In this document: one piece after another, positions 29,541 to 41,500 of the stretch | How the letters are laid out: the number at the start of each line of letters is the position of its first letter | How positions within the stretch are numbered: the stretch's first letter is position 1 | Virus record (IMG/VR): IMGVR_UViG_3300044609_000721 | Length of the DNA stretch: 64,000 nucleotides | Direction: 5' to 3' (one strand) | DNA from: a virus | The notes under the pieces: generated by a model | The model's database searches: none | What the model was told of the DNA's origin: nothing | Seen by the model: only the letters and a program-made list of their open reading frames with translations | Translations under genes and position numbers: made by a program

Positions 29541-32500
29541 GATTGATCAAAGGTCACCGCAGTACCATCAAATGATACAGATGTTGAATCGAATAGGAAA
29601 CTCTCTTCATTTTCATCTACTTCATTTATAATTTCAATAGTGGGATATGCATAATTTGATCCACTATTCACTAGATCGACTCTGGATACACCAACTAATG
29701 CTTTGATTTGAGCATCAAATCCAGTAGCAGAGTCAATACTTACCGAAGGTCTTGATGTATATCCGTCCCCACTTGATGTAACCGAAAGAGTTTTAATTCT
29801 TCCCTTAATAATGTCTACTAATGCCGATGCATTTCTTCCAAATACAGATCCAGTATAATCGAACGTGACCAGAGAGTTTGATGACTCAATAATAGCAACT
29901 GTTCTATCTTTATCTTCACCTTCAATTTCCAGTTCATCTCCAGTTTCGATTGGAGGAACAACGTCAGCAGCGATAACGTCAGCATCAGAACCAATGTAAG
30001 AGAATGCAACAAAACTGGATCCAGATCTAGGAATTTCTGCAAAAATAATTCTAGAACCAACTAGTTCAAATGCAACTCCAGGTTCCTGGATAACACCATT
30101 CAGTGAAACAATCAAGTTATTTTCTGGTTTAATATTTGAGGACTCGGAACCAGCAGTAACAGTTAGTGAGTAGAATACTTCATCTAACTTGAGGTTGAAA
30201 CTATTTCTGAGTGAGTCAAATTCAAAACTAATATCGTCAAGTTTCCTCAATTTACCAATGTATGAAGAGTGGAATGTTGCCCCAAGTTCTGGGGGTTCTG
30301 AAAACTCAATGATGTCACTGAATGTGGTATATGATTGGCCTGGTGGTTGTAGAATACCATTTACGAATACTAATAAATGACCATCTGGATTTGGATAATA
30401 TGCAGTTCCATTATTGATAGTTACCTTGAATGTACTTTGTACGCCATCAAATCCTCTGAAACTCCTATCAATTCTACCAACAACTTCTCCAACTGAACTA
30501 ATTATAGATCTATATCCAGACTTGGAAATAGTCTGTGCATATTGATTGAATGTTCCCTTAACTCCACTTAGATATAGTCTGTACGCAGTACCAATAGGAA
30601 TAATTCTCTCAACAAATCCATAAGCTTCTGATGAGATTATTTCTGCGTTGGCGATTTGCGCTACACCAACTGGGAAATTGTTATTTGGTTCATAGTATAG
30701 GATGGTGTCTCCGATAGCAAATAGATCTTCAGTTAAATTTCCAACATATAATTCAACTGTACTACCCTCATTGATATAATCAATGATTCGTGCAGTCTGA
30801 GTCAAAATTGCTTCATTATTGACAACTCCACCAATCTCAAATACTGTAGTTTCTTCATCAGGTAAAGTTAGAGTCAATTTATAGATATTTGTCGTTTGAA
30901 TTATATCAGCAAGACCAATTTGAGTACCCTCATAATACTCAACATCAATATAGATATCACTAGTGCTTGAGTAAATTACAGAAGAAACATCAAAATTGCC
31001 TTCATAAAACTCAGTATCTAAAGTTAACTTGGATCCAGAATTGTCAAGTACTGGAGCAGATACACTATAGAAGTTACTAATGGTTGAAATTGCACTAGTT
31101 TTAAATCCTTTTACTTTTTGACCATTTGTGAATGAACCAGTTAGATCTGATACCTGTACTTTACTTGAGACTGATACCACAGTTGCCACATATCCATCAT
31201 CATTTATTAGTATATTTCCGATTGAAAATTGACCAGAATTCATAACAATATCTACATAATTAAAGTTTTCACTGTAACTATATGAATATACAGTTCCATT
31301 AATTGATGCAAATCCTTGTCTGGTGATTGTTTCGCCAACTTTAAAGATCTCAATTGGATTGCTGAAGTTTACTCTAATTCTAGTGAGTAATTTCTTTATT
31401 GTTGCACGGTTAGTAGTGATAGACTTAATCTCACCATTAATTTGAGATGTCAATCCATAGATATAGTCACCAGAATTTAATCCTCCTAGAATACCAGTAT
31501 CATCTATTCTGGATGGGTATATTGAATTTGGTACTGTGATTCCATTTTCTGCAATAATTTCATTGTCTTCAATATATGATGAATTGTTTAGTGTATTGAG
31601 TAAGATTGACATCTTGCTATCAATAAACGCATTAATCTCAGATATTTCAGATGCAGTTAAAGCAATACTAGTATCTGTATATGAATAGAATCCAGTATTA
31701 GGTGCTGGTGATACTAAACTCTCTGCTATGGCCTGCTTCATGTAATCCCTAACTTTAGTGTAGGCAAAGAGACTTTGTACTAACTCACCTTGTAGGGAAA
31801 TGATAGTACCAGTTGCAGCATCAATATATGACTGAGTTGCGAATAGGATTGCACTATTTCCATTTGTCAATAGATCATATACAATCGCATCCATGATATA
31901 CCCCATATCACGTAAGCACTTATCATTTCCACCAGGGACAGAGAATGTTGGGTAATTCTGTAGTGTCACTAGCATTGTCTCTGCCTTGATATAGTTCTTA
32001 TTGAACATAATCAGTTTAGCAGCATTTCTATATGCAATATTTGAAGCACTGTCAGTTGTTCTAGTAATACCAGTTAGGTTTCCATTCTGTACTGCTTGTG
32101 ATAGGATTGCGAATAGAGTAGTAATAGCGGAAGCAACATTAGCACATTTTGGTGTGCTTGTGTCTACAGTTACATCGAGGTCTTTGACTTGAGTTTTGGT
32201 TGTATATCCACCTAAAGTAATGGTCTCATTACGCATGGCCTGAATTGCCATGTCCCTTGCCTGATTAAATGCATATACTGCTTGTACTTCCTCTCCAGCA
32301 AGATATCCATTAGTAATGTACAACTGAGCAGCATCATACATCTTATGGTTTCCACCATAACGAATATTGAAAGACAACTCACCAAGAATCGCAATGATAT
32401 CATCAATACAATTCTGATTGCCATTTGGAATAGTGAACGTTGGATACTGATTCAACATTCTTCCTACTGCAACTTCTGCAATTAGTTGCTTGTTTGCTTC

Positions 32501-35500
32501 AATTAGATTTGCTGCATCAAAGTTTCTATTCTGGTATTGATCTCTCTCTGGTAGAAGAATAGAGATTGCCTTTGTGAATAGAGTATCAATTGCGGATTTA
32601 ATATTTGCACATTGACCACCATAGGTACCATCATCTAGAGTAATTGTATTGTCAGTGTACTTAGGTGTAGACGACCATTGTGCAGAGTATATTGTATTTG
32701 TTCCAGTAATTCTCCAATTATCTACAGCATATTGGCAAAGTCTATTTGTTTGCTCAAGAGCATAGATTGTTGGTAGAAGTTCATCCTTCACATATAGGAT
32801 ATCATTCACAGCATTGATATAATATGTCATAGCATCAATAGTATTAGCATCACCACCAGAAATCAAGTCTGCGATGATTGATGGGATGATATAATCTTTA
32901 ATGTCTCTAATGCAAGTATTTTTACCTTCTAGTCCGTTTGGATAAACAAACGCATTATATGGAACTCCATTCAAGTAGTATGTGAAATAATTAGTAGTTA
33001 ATCCTACAGATTCCTCTGCAATAAATTTCCTGTTGAACCAGAGAGCATTTGACGCATCCTTATATACATCACCAGTTGTGCATAGTACTTCATTGATCAA
33101 TGACCACAAAGTATCAATTTTGGATCTAACGTCAGCGCAATCTCCAGGATCTGTGGTAATGTCAAGAGGCTTAATAGGACTTTGATTTGTGTATTGTGGT
33201 GTTTGTGATAGATCTCCAATAACAGCTTGCTGACATAGAAGATTCATTTGCTCATGAGCATATAGACTTTGCAGAACCTGCTTAGTAATATATCTCAAAC
33301 CGCCATTTTCATCAATATAGAATCTTGCTCCAGTTAAGGTATTATAATTTCCACCCTTTTCAATATCATCAGCAACTGCTTGTAGTAGAAGATTTAGGTC
33401 AAGTTTGCATCTGCTAGTTCCATCACCTGTTCCATCCTCATCTCCTGGAATAATCAAATCAGAATATAGATTCTTCATTCTTCCAGCAGCTTCTTCGATG
33501 ATATAAGTTGCATTCAATCTAATTAAATTAGCTGCATCTCTAAATCTGTGATGTGTATCATCATAGAATTGATATGTGATAATTTTATCAGTTGCAGAAT
33601 ATACTTGCTCCACATCAAATGGGATATCCAAGTATGTGGAAATTATCGCAGTAACTGTTCCAATATTAGTTCTTGTTATAGAAGAAATTGATCCAGTGCT
33701 AATACCTTGGGTTACTATCGCAAATAATGTGGTGATAGAAGATGCAACGTCAGCACAATCTCCAGGGATATAAACTCCTGGTTCTCCAGATTGATCTCCC
33801 TCTACAGTCAGATCCTTCACTTGAGTTCTGGTTGTATAACCACCTAAAGTGATGGTCTCATTACGCATGGCCTGAATTGCAAGATCTCTTGCCTGATTAA
33901 TTGCATAAACAGACTGAGTTTCTTCACCTGCCAAATATCCATTAGTGATGTATAATTGTGCTACATCATACGCTCTATGGTTTCCACCATATTTTACGTT
34001 AAAGCACAATTCATCCAAGATAGAAATGATATCATCAATGCAGTTTTGATTTCCATTTGGTACAGTAAATCCAGGGAAGTTTGCTAGCATTCTTCCTACT
34101 GCAACATCCGCAATTAGAAGTTTGTTAGCAAGAATTAAATCAGAAGCATCTGCGTATCTTCCTGATACAATGTCATCATTTGAAACAAATGACTTATCAG
34201 TTGAAATTGTATCTCCAATAGAGAATGAACCAGACTTCTCACCAAGGAAAACATATTTTAATGCATAGTTAACTCCAATAACCTCTGCTGTGAATCCGCC
34301 ATTAGTTACAATTTGATCTCCTGCCTGGAAGTTTCCTCCCAATAGAGATTTGTATGCCAATTTCTGAACCATTGCAGTTTCATTAGCAGTAAAATCACCA
34401 GTTGAATTGATATATTCAATTTCTAGATTTTGGATAAATTCTCCATTTTGGAAAGTTGTGGAATCATCATATACATTTTCGAATGTTGTTGATGAAACAA
34501 TTTCAAATTCTGGGAATTTACCTTCGACCTTTAAAGTGGAATCATCTAAATCTACAACTTCAATACTAGACTTACTGATATCATCAATGATGACATTGGG
34601 GTATTCTGGTTGTATAATTCTGTTGTATAGCAGAGCAGAGAAAGTACTTGGATCACTAATTGAAATTGATGAAAGTGGTTCACCAGTTGTTGGATCAATG
34701 TATGGACTGATACTTGTTACTCTAGCAAGAATTCCTGTTTTAGCAGAGATGATGTAATCATTAAACTTAATATCCAATAGTCCAGAAGGACTTTCATAGG
34801 TACCAGAAGTTTTACTAACGATAATTTCATTAGTTACTATACTTGTAGTAGAATCTAGGTTGATTTCTTCAACAACAGCAGTTTTTCCGCTGGTGTTTGT
34901 GATAGATTCTTGGAATTGGAAGGTATTTGTATTTTCTAGTTCTGTTACAGAAACTAAATTAGCACTCAATCCTGTTGCAGATGCAAGAATGATTTCACCT
35001 TCTTGGAAAGTTCCATTGATATTGAATACTCTAATGGTGGAAGTTGTTGACGAAATTACAGTCGCTGTAGCAAGGCTCAAAATACCTCTAATTGTCTGAC
35101 CAAGTTCTGGTAGAATACCACTAGAATCTTCAATTGCAATCTCATATGATGGTAGGAATTGCAATGTTAACATTGCATAACTTACCTTTGTTGGTGCAGG
35201 AGGTGGCTCTTTAAATACGATGCTTCCTTGAATGATCTCATATGATTCTACTGGTGATTGTGCAATACCATTCAGAATTACTTGTACTTGACTGGTATTG
35301 GCAATAATTGTAGAACCATCAATAGTTAGTGGGAAAGAAGTTCTTTCACCATCAAATAGATTTGAAATATCATCAATTTTCTGTACATATGAAGTGAGAA
35401 TTTCTTCCGATGAAGTTAGTCTCTTAGTTCTGAATAAAACTTGAGTATTATCAAACTCTTTGTATACAGGTTCAACGAGACCAAAGTTGTCAATATTTGC

Positions 35501-38500
35501 AACTACTGAACTCTCAATCAAATTAACACTCTTTGTCAATTGGAAATCTGTTTTATCAGTCAGTCCTTTTTCTTCATTGTAAACTCCAATTTCACCAAAT
35601 AATTTAAATCCAGTTGGGTGAGTGTTGTCTAGTACAATAGTCTTCCATTGGTCGATTGAAACTGGGCTCTTAATGTTATATGAGAAGGCCTGATATAGAT
35701 AAGAGTCCTGTACCTTCTGTACAATCTCGTTGGTTTTACCAACGTCATCGAGGAACTTACCAGCAGTTTTTGTGATTGAATCGACCTGAATAACTCCTTT
35801 CGCAGCATTGATATTATTGATTGTTCCACTAGATTTAGAAATTGTTCCAGTCACAATCTGACCTTCTGCGAAGGTACCTTCGGTATCGATTAGTTTTAGT
35901 AGTCTAGGACCAATTTGCCATCCATCATTTCCAGAAACATATCCTTTTGCAGAAGAGTTTTCCAGAGAATCTCCCTGATAAACCAATTCACCAGAAAGGA
36001 ATCTACCAGTTTCTACAACTGCTTCTGCAGATCCACCAAATGAATTGGTTAGTAGAATCTGTCTACCACTACCAGTATTCACGAATGAAATATAGTTACC
36101 AGATTCTGCATCTCCTGGTGTCAGAGCAATTCTCAACTGATCATTTTCAAGACCAGCAGTAGTTCCAGAAATAGCATAGTAAATTTGACCAGGAACAATG
36201 TATCCAAATGAAGTGATTGGGAATGCTGCACCCTCACCCAAATCTTGAATGTCAAATGTTATTTCAGACCCATTTCCAATACCATGTGGGAATGGTAGTT
36301 GGAATAGACCAAGATCTAGGTTGATTACGTAGGTAAATGTAGATTTTAGTTCAATTGTTGGTTCGGTACTATATCCAAATCCAGGATTTTTGATTAGAAT
36401 ACCGCTAATTCTACCGTTTCTAATTTCTGCCTCAGCAGTAGCGCCAGATCCACCGCCACCAGTGATTACAACTTCAGGGATAGAAGTATAACCGCTTCCT
36501 GGATCAATTACTTTAATATTGCTCAGTACACTAGTATTGATTAATTGTAAGTTTACTGGGAAAGTGATTTCTGGTCTAAGTGTATAGTCATGGGTATAAT
36601 CGAAACCAAAGTTATTGTTTCTTAATTTTTTGATTTTACCTACGTTCTCACCCTTAACGAAAATAGAAGCTCCAGTTCCTTTTGGTGGAATGATTACCTC
36701 AAGAACGGCACCAGAACCAGCTAGATTTGGACCAAGAATACCATCAATAGCATCAACATCAACAAATGCCTCAGTGTATCCCTTTCCAGGATCCGTAACA
36801 ACAACCTCAATGATTTGGCCAACTGGATCACTATTTCCATCTACTCTAATTCTAACCTTACCTCCGTTACCATCTCCAAGAATTGGTACACCAAAGTACT
36901 CACCTGGTTCATATTCAGTTCCAGGAGTTCTAATTTCAACTCTCTCAATCTTTCTAGATGATTGGATGTCAGTAATGATTGGTAGTTTTTTGTAGAATCC
37001 ACCACCACTGATCAGACGAATCGATGAAATCGATCCAGCAACTTTTGTTGACTCTGTTGAGTATGATGATGTGAATGACTGTGCATTCTTTTCTGGGTCG
37101 ATATCCAATTTAAACTTAAACTTATTAGCACCCGTAGTGACAGTAGCTCCTTCCAAAGAACTAATTTCAAATCTTCCAATGTATGGACTTCTAACTACGT
37201 CAATGTAGGAAGATTTTGCTACTGGACTGAATTCATTAATTCTGGATGGGTCTGCATAGTAACTGATATTAGAAACATCATCCGTAACCTTAAACGAAAT
37301 GAATGGAGATACCCCAGGAGCATCTAATCCAGGAGTTCCTCTTCTTACAATATTTTTGAATGTGTATTCAATCTTGTTGAGATTATCTCTATAGAATGAT
37401 AGGTAATATCCTTGGTTTGATGGATCTGATACATCAAACGTATACTGTTGCCCATAAATGAATTTAAATACTGGATGCTTGACGTAAATTAAGATTTGCG
37501 TACCAGATCCAATAAACGATCCTGGAACTTCCCTTATTTGGAAAATAAATTCTCTCTGAGAAAGAACCTGATCTACGTAGAAAGATCCATCTGCATAGGT
37601 ATATTGTGGACTTGTTGATCCAAAAATATTATCTCCAGCATTTAAGTAATGTGAAGTTGCACTTCTAATGTAAATTCTGTTTGTATTTGAAATTTCATCA
37701 ATTTGAAGAGTCTTCTTGAGATTTGTGATTAGAGTAATCTTAGTTACAGAGGAAAGACCTGCAATAGTGACACTATTTCTTGCAGTATTGAAACTAAAAT
37801 ATGAACTTCCTAGAACAACTACAGAACCTTTAGCATACGGAGATCCTGCAATAATTTCATCAATTCTTACTGCATAGTCATCATCACTATATGGTTTAAA
37901 TGTTGCCTCTACTTCTACTGGGATATTAATTGCAAAAGTTCCTGGAGAAGTATTTACTACGCCCTCAAATCCATAATTTACAATTTCATTGATGGATTCA
38001 TCCGAACTTCCTAAAGTGCCAGAATCAACTACAAAAGAACCAGTAGTATCAGCAACATAGATGTAATTATTGGAATAATCGATATCTACAATTTTTGCAG
38101 ATGCAATGATAGCATTCAGACTATTTCTTTGAAGAAGATTTGTACCAACATTGAATCTAAAATCTTGATTGATGTGTAATTGTCTAATGTTATCTAACTT
38201 CGATACATTGAAGTAATTGAAGAAGAATTTGCCAAATGCTTTAGATGAAAATACTGCCTTTCTTCCACCTGGAGAAGGAACTGTAGCAGTTCTTGTACTC
38301 CAAGAATCATATACTGTGGTAGGAATATGATAATCTTGTGTCAATCCTGATGTAGCAGCATTGAAATCTAATATTTGAAGTCCATCTGGACCAAGTGCAT
38401 ATGGGATATTGATGAGTTCTAAATTATTAACTACAGGAATAGTAATATTGGATCTGGTAATATCAAAACTATTATTTGTCAAATTGATAGTACCCATTCT

Positions 38501-41500
38501 CTCTGAGTCTGCATTCTTATCAAACTTCATTATGAAACCACTAGGATTCGCATAGTCAAAACCACTAAATTCTGCAGTAGGAGCACTGGTGTATGCTATA
38601 GCGTAATTACTATATCTGAACTCATCCAACTTGACTGGCCAAGAATTATATGATGTAGTTGATCCAATTTCTACTGTTGATGGATTTAGATTGAAACCAG
38701 TGGTAATCTGTGCAACAGATGAACCATTAAAATATAAAGTATAAGTTGCAATCGAAGAAGATGTGTTATAAGATTTGCTTACTGAAATGTGTCTATATCC
38801 ACTACTCAACAGAGTCACTGCGTTAGTGATAGTAGTAAACTGTGAAATGGTAGCCCCACCATTGGAGATTCTTAATTTTCCAAAAGTTGATGGTGAAGAA
38901 CTATCAGCAAATACCGAAACTTTAATTGAATTTGTTCCATCGGTTATGGTCAATAAATCTGGAACTTTTGCAGATGCTGCAGTATCCCACTTAAACCATC
39001 CTTCAATGGTCCAAACGTTTGACTGTGTTGTTAGTGCTGTTGCAGATAATTTTGCATTTTGTGAAATAGTGTAGGCATTGGTGCCGAACTTGGGATCAGT
39101 GTTTACACTAACTGTTCCTGTGGATGTTAGGTTTGCATATCTACCTACAGTATCTGAATATGAAGATCCCTTATATAAGAACTGTGTTCTATTTTCAATG
39201 ATATTACCAACTAAAGTAGGATCTCCAGAAACATCAGATGAACACTTGGAAATTTCTACTCCTTCTAGAGAGGTCATCTCATAAGAATTCAAGATATCAC
39301 CATTAAACTTACACTTAATGATACCAGAATGCAATTGCGATGTGATATCCACTGCAGTATATCCGATTGCAATTTCACCAAATATATCGATGGATGATTT
39401 TGCTGCGGATAGTGAAGTGATACTTGGGATTGAATATTCTTTATTGAAGATTAAATCTCCATCTGCATCAACTTTAATTAGTGCTAGTTTTGTTTTTGTT
39501 GATGTGGATGAGTTCTCTAATGCAGATGTGATGTATAACTCATCATACTCATCGATAAGCAGGCTCAGATCTTCGAACTTGGTATTTGAATATGATATTT
39601 CCTTTTGCCAAATCGTGTTGATCTTAGATCCATCAATCTTACACTTCACTAGAAGAATATTATCTGCTGCGGTTGACTGACCCAAAATATAAATGTTATT
39701 GTCACTATCAACTTGAATTGACTGTAGTTTTTCTGATGAAGATGTTGAAGTAATTTTTCTCTTGATTAGGACATCACCACCATTAGAAATATAGAATACA
39801 ATTCCGTCGTTTACTCCATTGCTATTTGTTGTGGTATATCCACACGCAACTACATTCTCTCCATATGCTGCAATATCTGTGATGTAATCATTTCTGTTTA
39901 CTCCACTAATACCAGCAAGTTCTCTTTGCCAAGATAGAGATACTTCAGTGCCACTAGAATTTTCAGTATATTTTGCAATGAAAATATCTGGGTTGAATGC
40001 AGATGCTGAAAGTGGATTTGGGTAAGTTTGTCCAATTACATAAACATCTAGTCCATTTTTAGTTACGGATAATAATTGACAACGCTTCGCCTGTGCCGAA
40101 GGTTGAATAGATGTTAGTGATTTTGACCATAGTGTAGTACCCTCAGCATTTAACTTACTGATGTAACCATGGATATCACCATTTGTTGAAGTCACTGATC
40201 CAACATAGTATAGATTTTTGTTCTGATCTACAAATGAATTGTTAATGTTTACTCCAGATTGATACTTTTTGTTTACTGAATAGTATACTGATCTCTTTTG
40301 GATTTGTGGGTGAGATATTCTAATTTTTGGATTGTCAACATATCCTCTACCAGAATTTGTGATATTGATTTTATCGAGGATACCTGTTTTTCCTACTACT
40401 GCCTTGACCTCGGCTTCTTGACCACTAATACTATCGATAAATGCTTCAACTTCGATATTTGGATCATATCCAATACCACTTACTTCTACACTTACTTCCT
40501 CTAAACCTTTTACGGTAATGACCTTGAGTGTTTTACTTGTAGGTTCCATGATTGGAGTTGTATCAACACTCACAAAGTCACCGATTTCCATATTGTGTGG
40601 TACAGCGGTCTGTACTACACCAAAATATTCATCCTGTGCGGTATTGTATTCGTATGTGTATGAAGTGATCTGTTCTCCTTGAATGGATTTAATTGATGCA
40701 GATGCACCATATCCTTCTGTACCTTCATCATCAAAAATCAGTCTATCATTGACTTGATAGTTAATACCTGGGTTTTCGATCAAGAAGTCTGAAATTTTTG
40801 CTTCTTCAAACTTTGTTGTAGTTTCAACTTCAATATCAACCTTTGATGAAATATCAATCTTGGGGAAATAATCGAAGAGTTCTAACTTAGATTCTTCGAA
40901 AATTTGATCAGGATCACTCGCCTCAGATGAATCGATGAAACCATCTCTATTTTCATCCTCAATTTCAAACGTTAGGACATCACCATTCTCTAGAGTTAGA
41001 GCATTTGTACTTTCATTTGGATCTCTTTCTACATCAATATCAACATTTTCAAATGGTGCTCTGTATCTAACAATACCAGTAGGGATGTTAGACTGGATTG
41101 CAAACTGCGTTAGATTCCAACTATCTGGAATTGAGTAGAAGTTTGGTCCAATGATATATGGGAAAGCAGCACTTCCATCTGCATTTAAAGTTACGAAATA
41201 AGCATACGTACCTTCTGGGAATTCAGGAGTTTTGGTGAATCTGCCATTATATTGATCGAGATAAAATGCCTCACTTCTGAATACATACTCATAATCTTGA
41301 ATGAAAGTTCCTGCAGGGAAGTCTTGTAAAGATGGACCTGCAATTCTATATGGTTCTGGGTTAGTTACACTATTGAATACCAGATTCGTCTTAAGGCTGT
41401 AACTACTTTGGATTGGTACAATGTTGCTACTTAGATTTGTTGGGTCAGACAGTCCATATGGACCATAAATGGGATTGCCATCAAATGCCCATCCAATGAT

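Noticed and set aside
32160-34160. gp7 duplicated blocks as a DGR TR/VR pair
   Set aside because: Both copies are in-frame coding sequence, and substitutions involve all bases, mostly at synonymous sites.
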